Shown piece by piece: positions 16,902 to 28,000 of a stretch of DNA of 39,127 nucleotides (the first letter of the stretch is position 1; every line of letters starts with the position of its first letter). The DNA comes from Fidelibacterota bacterium (GTDB taxonomy: Bacteria > Fidelibacterota > Marinisomatia > Marinisomatales > TCS55), in assembly GCA_046861385.1 (NCBI GenBank), contig JBHHTW010000020.1, positions 1 to 39,127 of the forward strand, in the 5' to 3' direction. The translations under genes and the position numbers were made by a program. The notes beneath the pieces are model-generated. The model was not told the origin of the DNA. It searched no databases and saw only the letters and a list, made by a program, of their open reading frames with translations.

Positions 16902-19900
16902 TAAAATTCCATAGTTATTCCAAACACAATATCTCTTGGATCTAAAAACGAAACAGATTTCAGGTTTGGCATATTTATATAGGCTTTCGTATCCAAAATC
17001 TTTTGTTCCTCAGAAGTGAGATGATCCGGATCAACAGGATTAAATGGCTGATATTTAACACCACTCTCACGGTAATCCCCTACGCGATCGTGTCCTTTTT
17101 CCGAACCTTCTTCCCAAGAGAAATGCAAGGATTCCATATAATCAATATAGTCATGTTTATCTGAAAAAACGGATGATTCTGCTGAACCTCGAGGTGTTCC
17201 TGCGGAGTTTAAGTATTTATTATTGGTTAGATTAGAAATATCCACAAACATCCGCATTTGAATATTGTTTAAACGAAATGATTTCGCTATTCTCAAATCC
17301 AAAAACCATTGATCCTTCCACTGAACATTATCAATGATACCAGGTTTATTGCTGGGGTTATATGTGGCGTACTCTCCCGATTCATAATTAAACAACACAC
17401 TCAGTACCCACTGGCTCAAGGGACGAATACCAATAATACTGGGTCCGAACCTTGATGGTGTAGTAAAATTAATGACTGAGTTTACATAAGGTTGTGCGTG
17501 AGGTTTGAATTGCTGAGGATTAACAATATCGGATTCTCTTTGCAAATTTGGATCTTCATAATATTTAGTTAATCCGAAATATCCGGAGGATTTGATCAAA
17601 TAAGTATAGTTGATGAATCCGGTAATATACTCACCCCTTACTTTTTCAACAACGAATTCAAAACCGCGTATATCCTCGTAATTATTGTTAGCAGCCTGTT
17701 TGTATTGGACAGATCGATTTAAGCTCTGATAAGAAATAGTTCCAATCTGGTTTGTTACATCTTTATAGTATGCAGTCAAGTTCATTAAATATGAGTCAAA
17801 AAATAATTGTGAATACCCCAATTCATAAGCAATGGTTTTTTCATAGAGCAAATTTGGATTGCCTAAGTTTGTGACCAATCCGTTTGATTCTCTTTGAATT
17901 CCGAATCGATATTGCGATCCCGGTTCAGAATAAAAATGACCATAATTAAAATACAATTTTGAAGATTCAGTAATGGGAAAGGAAACACCGAGTCTCGGAT
18001 GTAAAGAATACTGTGGTTTTGAACCTCTCGTTGCAACGGAATCTTCTATTTCATCTCCCAAGCCCTGACTCAAATTCTCGTCGTATGAATTTAAATTATA
18101 TACAATAGTATTTGAATTGGAATATTCACTCCTCAAACCAATATTAGCTATAAATCCTTCAAATTCCAGTTTATCCTGGGCATAAAACGACAACCGAAAA
18201 GGATTAACATTATACACAAGGTCCCTATTCCATGTAGACATTCCCGGATTGCTGGCAAAGGAATAAATATCCATCTTATTTGAAACCAATTCAAATCCGG
18301 TTTTAATTTGATTGTTTGGATTTATCTGGGAAGAATAATCAAATTTCCCTATGAAGGTTGAGATACTTGACCTGTCACGACCAATGTTCATCCAACCTCC
18401 AATATTCATACCATCAATACCTGTCACACCGTATCCCCAATATCCATATGGTGCTTCATCTACAAAATAATCCTCAAATATTTCATTTGTTTTGGTTGTA
18501 TCTCTTAACATGGTTTGATATGTTTTATAAAACTGGTTCGAGTATTGTATCAATATTTCATAAAAACGTTTGGGATCGAGCATATGATTTACTTTAACCC
18601 CAAATCCGGATCGATAAATGGTGGTGGGAGAGTAATATCCAGGCATATATAGGACGCTGTTTCCACTGGAACTATTTAATAGATTAGCTACGGATTGGTC
18701 GGATTTTAGAACATATCCTGTTGGAGTGGTTGTCCAGTTATAAGGGGAAACAGACTGTGTTTCACCATATTTTGTTACGACAGTGATATCGGTTTTATCT
18801 CCAATATCAACATTAATTTTCAACCGGGTATTCGTTCCAGTGTATCGATCCCTTGACAGTGGGAAAATAAACATTGATTCTTCACTATAGTGGGTCAGGT
18901 AAAATCGAGGATTCCCATATTTGAATACACCTGATATTGGTCCGCCAATCGCAACATCGATCGTTCTGTCCGGGTTCGTAATATCACCATTACGGCGATG
19001 TTCCCAAGAGAATAGGCGCCGGGCTTGTTCCGGCGATATATCATTATTAGGATTCATATCGGTTAAGGTCGCTGCGGATACGGCATTCCAACCCTCAAAA
19101 GACGGATATTGCCCTTCAGTATAATCATCCCATGCTCCGTTATTTGTTCCCGTCCAACAAACAGTTGTATCCATGTAAGGCCGCAAGAAATATGAGTTCG
19201 GATCAAACGTTGATAAACCAAAATGCTTTGGTGCCGGGGGTCGATAATAAACTGCCACTGATCCATGAAATCGGTCTGATTGCCCTTCTTTGTTCACAAT
19301 ATTTACAATTCCGGATCTTATGTTTCCGTACTCAGCGTTAAAACCGCCGGATTGAACCTGTATATTGGAAACACCCAATAAAGACGTGGTAGTAACTGGA
19401 GAAAAACTTCGAGCATCATTTTGAAGAAAACCGTCGATATAGACACCGGTTTGTGTTGACGAGCTGCCTCGAATGGATAAACCGCTAACACCCGCTTGTA
19501 AACCAATGACATCATCAATGTTTGACAGGGGCATCTTTTCAATCACCTCGTCTGTTATATTTATTTTGCTGGAAGTCACATCGGACTCTACCCATTCCCT
19601 TTCAGCTGTGACGGTAATTTCATCAAAATCCAAGGTTTCCAATTGCATTCTGCTATTTATATGAGTTGTCTGATCGATTCGAACAGTCACATGTTGGATG
19701 GACAGACGTGCATAGCCAATAATTTGAATGTTAAGTGTGTAATCGCCCGGAGGAACATTTAATATGACATAGTGACCATTCTGGTCCGTTACAGCACCCA
19801 ATTGCAATTCAGGTAAAAATATATTTACACCCGGTAGCGGGTCTCCTGTCTCAAATTCAGAAATGACTCCGCCAATTTTTCCCGATATTCCTGCGAAACA

Positions 19901-19954
19901 AAAAGAGAAAATTGAAACCAATACAAATATTAGTTTGGTTTCGTATCTTTTCAC
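16901..19954 (-). CDS. TonB-dependent receptor 2 with N-terminal carboxypeptidase-regulatory-like domain
   Basis: 'GKIGGVISEFETGDPLPGVNI', plug motifs 'SIRGS' and 'SGGFNAEYGNIRSGIVNIVNKEG', barrel motifs 'YAQDKLEF' and 'PRLGVSFPI...LYFNYGHF', and a terminal Phe. Confidence 0.92.
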   Translation of the reverse strand: MKRYETKLIFVLVSIFSFCFAGISGKIGGVISEFETGDPLPGVNIFLPELQLGAVTDQNGHYVILNVPPGDYTLNIQIIGYARLSIQHVTVRIDQTTHINSRMQLETLDFDEITVTAEREWVESDVTSSKINITDEVIEKMPLSNIDDVIGLQAGVSGLSIRGSSSTQTGVYIDGFLQNDARSFSPVTTTSLLGVSNIQVQSGGFNAEYGNIRSGIVNIVNKEGQSDRFHGSVAVYYRPPAPKHFGLSTFDPNSYFLRPYMDTTVCWTGTNNGAWDDYTEGQYPSFEGWNAVSAATLTDMNPNNDISPEQARRLFSWEHRRNGDITNPDRTIDVAIGGPISGVFKYGNPRFYLTHYSEESMFIFPLSRDRYTGTNTRLKINVDIGDKTDITVVTKYGETQSVSPYNWTTTPTGYVLKSDQSVANLLNSSSGNSVLYMPGYYSPTTIYRSGFGVKVNHMLDPKRFYEILIQYSNQFYKTYQTMLRDTTKTNEIFEDYFVDEAPYGYWGYGVTGIDGMNIGGWMNIGRDRSSISTFIGKFDYSSQINPNNQIKTGFELVSNKMDIYSFASNPGMSTWNRDLVYNVNPFRLSFYAQDKLEFEGFIANIGLRSEYSNSNTIVYNLNSYDENLSQGLGDEIEDSVATRGSKPQYSLHPRLGVSFPITESSKLYFNYGHFYSEPGSQYRFGIQRESNGLVTNLGNPNLLYEKTIAYELGYSQLFFDSYLMNLTAYYKDVTNQIGTISYQSLNRSVQYKQAANNNYEDIRGFEFVVEKVRGEYITGFINYTYLIKSSGYFGLTKYYEDPNLQRESDIVNPQQFKPHAQPYVNSVINFTTPSRFGPSIIGIRPLSQWVLSVLFNYESGEYATYNPSNKPGIIDNVQWKDQWFLDLRIAKSFRLNNIQMRMFVDISNLTNNKYLNSAGTPRGSAESSVFSDKHDYIDYMESLHFSWEEGSEKGHDRVGDYRESGVKYQPFNPVDPDHLTSEEQKILDTKAYINMPNLKSVSFLDPRDIVFGITMEF

Positions 19955-19963
19955 ACGGTAACT

Positions 19964-21274
19964 CTACAGGGATCTTCCATAGTAAGGGGCTCCCAATCGT
20001 GCCATGTCAATGCGGTAAAGTCCCAACTCATCAATTGGCTTATAATCCCACGATACTCCGTCAGGTGGTGAGGCAGTATTGCGATTATTTACATATAAAT
20101 ACTTGTCATTCCCCCATACTAATTTCGTTCCGGGCGCCTTAAAAACATCTTCGTAGACGGGTACCGGAACGACACCGGAATAGGGTGGGGAAACTTCATA
20201 TAACCCAGCGCCTAATGTTTCATAACTGGAAGGGTCGTCATAATCAACACCAACAATCATTCCACCATCTGCTGCAAAAGTGAAGTCTAATGGCTTGGTT
20301 GCCTTTTCCCCAAGTGCATCATCCCAGTCCAGGACGAGTTCTGACGGACCGAGCGAATCTGCGCTTATGATCGCTGCTCTGTATATTCCGTTTACAGCGT
20401 CTACCACTGTATCAGAACCAATATATTCCCCTAATATATAAACATAATTTTCATACACACGAATTGTATTCATGTGTACATCTTCCGGCAAGGTTGTTTC
20501 CTCGGAAAATTCCGTTTCACCTGCTCCAAGGTTGATTCTATATAATATATTGCTGCGCCCACCCGCATACATATTTCCATCTGAATCATAATCCAAGGTA
20601 TAAGCTCTCGTATTGCTGGGCAGCCTTGCTAATTCGGTCGCATCGTCGTGACTACCAGTAGAATAAATTTTCTTATCAACCATTGCCATAACAATAGTAT
20701 CAGTTGTACTAAATCTCATTCCAATCGCCTTTATTTTTTTGGAATGTTCAGCAAATACAACTGAATCTGCTGTGCCATTGGCAAATACACGTAAAATTTC
20801 TCTATCACCCGATTCGGACACATAGAGGTTTTCATTTGGATCCATCGCAATTGCCCATAAACTTGTTCCTATAGGATCGAATCCGCCCCAGGGCACAACG
20901 GATGAATAGAGACCGTAATTATCCCATTCAGCAAATTCATACGCACCAATAACTGCAACTTGAATTTTCACACTATCTGATACAATTTTTGCTGCTTTAA
21001 CAACTATCTCCGTGGGTGAGGCAGATTGAACCGTTCCGGCATTTCCATTAAAATAAACCAGATTTTTGCCAATTTCGCTGGAAAAATTCGTTCCTGTTAT
21101 GGTGATAATTCCTATACCTGAAAAAGCTGAATCAGGAGGAGAAATTGAAGTAATAGTTGGGTTTGGCAGTACTTCTGGGTTTTCTTCATAAATATTGTCA
21201 GGGTAATTCGGTTCCTCACAAGAAAAGAAACATCCCACCAGAATTAATAATAAAATAGTACTAAAACGATTCAT
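19964..21274 (-). CDS. Lipoprotein with IPT/TIG domain and beta-propeller
   Basis: Lipobox-like 'FFSC' followed by acidic residues. IPT motif 'PTITSISP...ITITGTNFS....NLVYFNG..GTVQSASPTEIVV'. Blade motifs 'AIAMDPNENLYVS' and 'YDSDGNMYAGG'. Confidence 0.8.
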   Translation of the reverse strand: MNRFSTILLLILVGCFFSCEEPNYPDNIYEENPEVLPNPTITSISPPDSAFSGIGIITITGTNFSSEIGKNLVYFNGNAGTVQSASPTEIVVKAAKIVSDSVKIQVAVIGAYEFAEWDNYGLYSSVVPWGGFDPIGTSLWAIAMDPNENLYVSESGDREILRVFANGTADSVVFAEHSKKIKAIGMRFSTTDTIVMAMVDKKIYSTGSHDDATELARLPSNTRAYTLDYDSDGNMYAGGRSNILYRINLGAGETEFSEETTLPEDVHMNTIRVYENYVYILGEYIGSDTVVDAVNGIYRAAIISADSLGPSELVLDWDDALGEKATKPLDFTFAADGGMIVGVDYDDPSSYETLGAGLYEVSPPYSGVVPVPVYEDVFKAPGTKLVWGNDKYLYVNNRNTASPPDGVSWDYKPIDELGLYRIDMARLGAPYYGRSL

Positions 21275-21284
21275 AAGATGACCT

Positions 21285-22307
21285 CTATAATGTGATTTGG
21301 AACGATAGTTGGTTTACACTGTCAAAAATACCAAATGGTGTATAAGCATAGTCGATACTTATTCCTTTATTTTTTAAAGCAAATAGAAATCCGATCCCAA
21401 ATGTAATTCCCCGTTCATCATAATTCCCATAATACCCAGTACGCAAATATAGAATTTTCAGTGGATTATACTCAATTCCGATATTGGTTCTTTCTGAGTA
21501 AGATCGTGGGTGTAGAGCATCTATCGACAACATAAATTTTCCGTCTGGGTTGAGCGGAGATTTTAAGAATCCCAAAAAACCGAATTGAGCCAGATCGATG
21601 GATCCTCCAATCGTAAATGTAAGCGGGAGTTGAAATCCTTCAGTTTGATATTTTATCTCTTTTGAAAAATTCCGAACCATCATTCCAAAAGAAAAATCTT
21701 TCCAACCTGTTTCATAAAGGGTTCCAAAATCGTATGCGAGTGTTGACACCCAATTTTTCACGGTGGTATTTGTTGTATCTGAATCAGGTATGATACTTCT
21801 ACCCAAGTATTGATAGGTTGATTTTACATGTCCCCCAACAGAAAATTTATCAGAAAGTGACTTTGCATATCCGGCGCCCATTGCAAGAGCTGTTGGTTTG
21901 ATAATTTCGGTATCTACATACCCGGATTCATTTTCCCATACCATGGTTCCCTGGACATCACCATATTCGACGGACTGAATACTGAAAGCAAAAACGCCAT
22001 AATATCCATTCATTGGAGCAAATCCGACACTTGCTGTTAAATGATTAATATCAGCAATCCATTGATTTCGACTAAAATTTGCGGATATGAGTTGAGTGGA
22101 TCTCGCCATTCCCGCTGGATTAAAGAAAACAGCATTGGATTGACCTTGCATGGTGGTCATGGCTTCTCCCATGGCTGTCGCTCTTGCATCAGACGCAACA
22201 CTTAAAAATTGAAAACCGGTCTGGGCGAGCTTAATGTCTTCACAATATCCAAGGGTAACGATGCCGATGATTAAAACTACTTTTCGTAAAATGGTATGAT
22301 TGATCAT
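21285..22307 (-). CDS. PorV/PorQ-family (FadL-like) outer-membrane beta-barrel, copy 1
   Basis: 'TGFQFLSVASDARATAMGEA...AVFFNPAGMA', 'LSDKFSVGG' and C-terminal 'IDYAYTPFGIFDSVNQLSF'. Confidence 0.85.
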   Translation of the reverse strand: MINHTILRKVVLIIGIVTLGYCEDIKLAQTGFQFLSVASDARATAMGEAMTTMQGQSNAVFFNPAGMARSTQLISANFSRNQWIADINHLTASVGFAPMNGYYGVFAFSIQSVEYGDVQGTMVWENESGYVDTEIIKPTALAMGAGYAKSLSDKFSVGGHVKSTYQYLGRSIIPDSDTTNTTVKNWVSTLAYDFGTLYETGWKDFSFGMMVRNFSKEIKYQTEGFQLPLTFTIGGSIDLAQFGFLGFLKSPLNPDGKFMLSIDALHPRSYSERTNIGIEYNPLKILYLRTGYYGNYDERGITFGIGFLFALKNKGISIDYAYTPFGIFDSVNQLSFQITL

Positions 22308-22310
22308 GGC

Positions 22311-22850
22311 TTATTCCTTATTGCGTATAACCAAATTAAATCCGGACGCTTCCTCCATCAAAAATTGTACTAAATATGATCCGGATGTAAAAGAGTATTC
22401 ATTTCGAAGAGCAATTTCATCATTACATTCGGCAACTGTTTCCAAATCAATGGATAGATTTGTCACATCAGAAAGATTATCACTAGTATCCCATAAACTC
22501 ATTTTTACAAATTTATTAGTATATATAACATAATCACCTGATGTGGTTATTTGCAGTACAGAATAGGTGGTATCTTCGCTTTTCGATATTTTTTGCAGTG
22601 TGTCCGGATTAAAAAATATTTCTGAATCCCATGCAATAAGTGAATCTATTTGCTCATCCACAGAATCTAATGAATCATCCAGCGTGTAGGACGTTACTGT
22701 TTTAAAGACAGTATCTGCACTAAACACTTGGCACGCTTTACCATCAATATCAGATATGGTATAAGATTCATCAGAATAGTTATCACAAGAAATAACTATC
22801 ATTAACACACCTAAGAGGTATAATATTTGTTTCATCTTTTTTCCCTTCAT
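22311..22850 (-). CDS. Small acidic lipoprotein, unknown function
   Basis: Lipobox-like 'IVISC' followed by DNYSDES. ATGA overlap with the upstream gene; alternative start at 22835. Confidence 0.7.
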   Translation of the reverse strand: MKGKKMKQILYLLGVLMIVISCDNYSDESYTISDIDGKACQVFSADTVFKTVTSYTLDDSLDSVDEQIDSLIAWDSEIFFNPDTLQKISKSEDTTYSVLQITTSGDYVIYTNKFVKMSLWDTSDNLSDVTNLSIDLETVAECNDEIALRNEYSFTSGSYLVQFLMEEASGFNLVIRNKE

Positions 22851-24889
22851 CGGATCACTATGAATTTTTCAATCCCGGCACTTCCTTTTTTAACGAATTC
22901 ACCGGTTTTCCAATCTGTATAATCATCCAGGACTTCAAAATGCGCAATATATATTCCGGATACAATCACCTGCCTGGAAGATGTAATGGAATTCCATGAT
23001 TCATCACCGCTGCCGTCCAAATGATCAATGGAATATATGAGGTCTCCCCGTTCAGTAAAGATTTTAATCCTGCATGTTGGAGGAATATCTAAGAACATGA
23101 TTCTATCAGGTCCGCCAACACCATATTGCATATCTCGTGCCTTAATATTATAAGGGTTTGGAACAACTCGAATGCGATCCAACGTCCCCGGTTGGCGCTT
23201 TAAGGATGCGGGTTGATTGGTGCGAGTATAAAATAAACTGCTTTCCATGGGGACTCCAGGAGCAATATCATTATTGGAGCCATCGCTCACTGTCGTTAAA
23301 TAATAATAATAATCAAAACCTCTTACAGCGGTTCTGTCTTCATATTTTGTCTCACCGGGACCCAATTCAGCGATAACCTCATAAGTGGTATCCGGAACAT
23401 GAATGGCCCGGTAAATTTTATAACCGGAGAAATTTGACCAGCTTTCTACTGAATTGCTCCATTCCAAAATAATACGATCGCCGCCTGAAGTGACTTGAAA
23501 TAAATCCGGCGGAGGAGGTTCATGATTCACGACCAGTCCATTATCCCAAACAGATTGAGCACGGGTAAATGTTTGAAATAAAGAATCTTTGCCTGACATC
23601 ACGAGAGTATTTTTTTCCGAATTACTAATGGCGCCACTCAGCCAGTCTGCTCCGATAGAATAATGCTTATCTCTGGATAAACCAGCGACTGCTTCAACTG
23701 TCACAATAACAATACTGTCACCATTTGCGATATCATAGGGGCCATATCCGCGGCCAAGTGAGTATCCACCACCAGTAGATCCAAACTCGTCAGCATTTTT
23801 AGTTCCCACTTCTTCTGCGTGACTTTTATTTGGATGACCAGAGCTCATGAGTAAATATTCTGTGGTCATCTTAGCCGTATTAAAATGATTATTACCGGAA
23901 TTGTAGGGTCCATCTGAATCGGGGTATGGTGTGGAGGAAGGCTGATTGGGATCATTGGATGGGTCCGACGTAGAAATATCAGCGTGTATTGTCATTACAC
24001 CGGCAAATTGAGATGAACCTAATCGTCCATCTCCACGATAGTTTGGGGCGCCGATATTATCCCCGGAGCCGCCCCATCCTCCATGCAGCCCTTGCCAGGC
24101 ATAAGATACACGAAAAGGATTGTCCGGATCGCTGGACAAGTAATTCCCATTTTCACCCAAGACCTCATTCATGGTGTTTCGGCCCCAGGTTGCATTTTGT
24201 GGCATCCAATTATACCCATAGGAACAGGACTCTTTTGTCATGGCATAACGTTCCTGCCAAAAGAAATAAACATCATCTAAATTTAGGTTATGTGTATTCC
24301 CTGCTGCATTGTATATACCAGTATTTTTAAATACATATTCAACAATAAAATAATTATCGTGGTAAGGCTGGCTAAATGCATGCACCCTTCTCGTCATTGT
24401 GATACCCAGACTGGTATTCAAGGTATTGATAATCATTCTATCGCCTGGAATCGTATTATCAACATCGTCTACCAGATCTGTAAAATCTAATTCGGACGCT
24501 GGCAGTCCATCGACATAAACTTGGGGACGGGCATACCGAGCTAATAAACGAAAATCCACAGGAATAAATTCTGCTAATTCATCCATGACACGTGGTCCCA
24601 CGTGTACGACTTTATAGGGGTAAGTTTGACCCGTACTTGGATCATCGTAGTTTACAGCCCCAATCCAAAGCCCTTTGGCTGCTTTAACATCCTGATAACG
24701 GTATTGCGCAGGCCATATGAGGCCGTCCTGTTGGTCAGGAATTAAATGACGACGTCCCACTTCAACTTCACACCCGCCACTACTGAACCAATCATGAAGC
24801 TGACCAACAGAAATCCAACGAGTTTCATCGGCAATTAAGGAGGAAATGATTCCAAATATTAGTAGACAGTTTCGAACTATGTTTTTCAT
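22847..24889 (-). CDS. Uncharacterised TBDR-partner protein 1 (paralog of 14772-16901) with FN3-like domain and variant CTD
   Basis: Signal peptide; colinear with partner 2 (for example 'DGLIWPAQYRYQD' vs 'EGLRWPADYQFQD', and 'AFSQPYHDNYFI' vs 'AFSQQYHDNYFI'). CTD 'IRVVPNPY...CRIKIFTERGDLI...KFIVIR'. Confidence 0.8.
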   Translation of the reverse strand: MKNIVRNCLLIFGIISSLIADETRWISVGQLHDWFSSGGCEVEVGRRHLIPDQQDGLIWPAQYRYQDVKAAKGLWIGAVNYDDPSTGQTYPYKVVHVGPRVMDELAEFIPVDFRLLARYARPQVYVDGLPASELDFTDLVDDVDNTIPGDRMIINTLNTSLGITMTRRVHAFSQPYHDNYFIVEYVFKNTGIYNAAGNTHNLNLDDVYFFWQERYAMTKESCSYGYNWMPQNATWGRNTMNEVLGENGNYLSSDPDNPFRVSYAWQGLHGGWGGSGDNIGAPNYRGDGRLGSSQFAGVMTIHADISTSDPSNDPNQPSSTPYPDSDGPYNSGNNHFNTAKMTTEYLLMSSGHPNKSHAEEVGTKNADEFGSTGGGYSLGRGYGPYDIANGDSIVIVTVEAVAGLSRDKHYSIGADWLSGAISNSEKNTLVMSGKDSLFQTFTRAQSVWDNGLVVNHEPPPPDLFQVTSGGDRIILEWSNSVESWSNFSGYKIYRAIHVPDTTYEVIAELGPGETKYEDRTAVRGFDYYYYLTTVSDGSNNDIAPGVPMESSLFYTRTNQPASLKRQPGTLDRIRVVPNPYNIKARDMQYGVGGPDRIMFLDIPPTCRIKIFTERGDLIYSIDHLDGSGDESWNSITSSRQVIVSGIYIAHFEVLDDYTDWKTGEFVKKGSAGIEKFIVIR

Positions 24890-25005
24890 CTATTGTATCT
24901 CATAATATGATTAAAAAAGGACGATGAAATTATCTTTACCTAAACCTGCCTGAATCAGAAAATTTTTACTTCTTTTTTCTTCGCACATCGGTTTTTCAAA
25001 GCCCT

Positions 25006-28000
25006 TTAAAAGTTGTATGAAATGTTCAAGCCAATAAAAATATCCCGGGGGTTGAGGAATGTGTAATAGGTCTGGTTTGGCATATCAATGTAAGCTTTAT
25101 CCTTCAGGACTTGTTTCACAAATGAACGATCTGCTTCTACCCAAACTCCATCCTGATATTGGAAATATTCTTCCTGGGATTGATCCCAATACAAAGCACG
25201 GTCGTTTCCGGTTACATTATCTAATCTTGGGTATGATTCAATGGGTACAAAAGCTACGTCATCCGGTCGCACTTCACCGGGTCTATCATCCCCGGGGATA
25301 TTGCCATATCGAAGTTTGTCTCCAATTGAGGCAGGAAGGTGAAGTGATTTCATGTAGTATTCATAATCATCCTTATTCTCGAAAGAATTAGCAGAAAAAT
25401 CCTTCAGATTAAGGACATTATTGACATCGGCGAACACTTTAATACTAATATTATTAAATATGAGGGTACGTGATATTTTCAAATCTAAACCATACGTATC
25501 TTTCCATTGTACATTATTATCAATACCTGTAATAATACCCGGATTCCACTTAAACCATTCTCCGCTTGTATACCTTCCAATGAAATTCATATTCCATGCT
25601 GCCAGAGGCCTGAAGGAAACGATTTTTGGCCCAAAATCAAGAGGTGTAAATAAATTTAAATACCCTTTTGCCCGAGGTCTTGGCAATGGTTTTTTCTGGT
25701 AACGATTTTTCTTTTCATAATCCGATTGATCACTTGGATTTTCATATCTTTTGTTTAAGTCAAAGTAACCCTTTGTGGATACCCGATACTCATAGTTGAT
25801 CATGCCCGTATACCATTCTCCAAAATTCTTACTTAACTCAATTTCAATTCCCCTGATATCTTCATATAGATTGTTTGTCATAATATAAGAAGTGATTTTA
25901 TCATCCGATGTAAATATCTGCGTCCAGTCCTGCTCGTTTGTTACATCTTTGTAATAAGCGGCAATATGCAATAGGTACATATCCAGCATTGATCGGTCGA
26001 ACCCCAATTCATAGGATATTGTCATCGCCGGTTCCAGACTTGGGTCACCTAAATACTTAATAGCTCCGGTGCTTCTTCTCTGGATTCTATACAATGCTTC
26101 CGATGTGGCAGATTGATTATAATGACCGTAATTGAAATATAGCTTTGAATTATCCGTAAGAGGATGAGAGATTGCAAGCCTTGGATTCAATGTGATAACT
26201 GGCTTCGCATCTTTGGCGTATTCAGAATCCCATATTTCTTCTTCACTGGTATAATAAAAATCTGAATCAAATTGATCAAACTTGAACCAGTTTCCATTTG
26301 GATCGTAATATTCACCGTTAAGACCCAGGATAGCAACCAGACCACGAAATTCAATTTTGTCCTGAAAGTATGCATTTAGTCGAAATGGGGATGTATTAAA
26401 CTCAGTCCACCGGTTTCCTTCTTCAAGTACCTTGTTGATAGACCCATATTTCATTTCCAATTTATATGATGTCAAATTGAATCCGGTTCTTATTTGGTTA
26501 TTTTGATTAAATTGATTTGTATAGTCGCCGGCAATTGAAATTGAAGAAACTTCAGTTGAGTCCCTTGATGTGGAAATCGGTCCACCCAGTGTAATTCCAC
26601 CTTCAATACTTGATAAAAACTCCTGTTCAAAACCAAATGGTTGTTCATCAATAAAATAATTCGGAAATATTTCAGTTAATTCAGTCGTATTCCGGCGCCT
26701 TCCGGGTCCAGTTTTATAGGTATTTTTAGATTGTTGTAGACGTAATTCATAATATGATTTTGATGACAATATGTGCGATAACGTGATACCATAAGTTGCA
26801 TTAAATCGTTCTGTTTCTGAAAAATAATCGTTGGTGAATATTCTCCATGGAATCGTAAATCCTGTCCGATCGACGATATTTGAAACTCCTACAACTGAGG
26901 AATAATAGGATGTACCTCCCACTCTTGATGCGCTGGTTCCAGTTATTTCATTCCAAAGAGCTGAAACAGATAATTTCATATTGTTCGATAAGTCTGATGT
27001 CAATTTTAGCACATTACCTACTGAGTGAGTACCCTCGGTTGCGAGGGAAAACAAATACATATTATTTTCCTCTACGCGAGAGTAGAAAAACCTCAAACCA
27101 CCCAGCAAGGGACTTATGATTGGAACAGGTCCACCAAAACCAAAGTCAACAACATAATCCGGCTTATGTATATTGCCATCTTTGCGATATTGCCATTCAA
27201 ATATTCTTTTAGCAGCAGAGGGTGTTAAATCATTTGTTGGATCATCGTCCGATAACGTGGCTTGTGATATAGCAACCCAACCATCAAACGAAGCATATTG
27301 CCGCTCATCATATTCATCCCATGGTGCAACTGCAGGGTCGGTACCGTACCACGCGGTTGAATCATTTAAATAGGGATATAACCAAAAAGAATTTTCACTA
27401 TAAACCGTTTCACCAAAGTGTTTGGAAGCCGGAGGGCTATATTTTGTGGAAATGGTAGCGGAATATTTTTTCGGGTCTCCTTCTTTAGACACAACATTAA
27501 TAATTCCTCCGCGAACATTATTATACTCAGCATTAAACCCCCCTGTTTGGATAGATACTTCCTGAATTGAACTGAGGGGTATTCCCGTAACAGGAGCATC
27601 GTTCCTTGCGTCACGAAGCGCGACCCCATCCAATAATAACATCGTCTGGTCGGAACCACTTCCCCGGATACCAAATGAAGATGTTATTCCCGCCTTTAAC
27701 CCGACAACATCACCCAAGGTGGAAACAGGAAGTTGATCAATTTCATCTCCAGTCATACTTAATTGACTGGCGGCAACATCAACTTTTAAAATTCTATTTC
27801 CTGCAATAACTTCAACGCTTTCACCTTCCAATATGTCTGCTTCCAATTTAAGATCGATCGTTGTTGTTAAATCTATTTCAACTCTTACATCACGAACAGT
27901 CGTCTGCTTATAGCCTATCATTGATATATTGATATCGTATAAACCGGGAGGAATATTTAGAATCGTGTAATAGCCATCCAGATCAGTAGCTGCTCCATAA

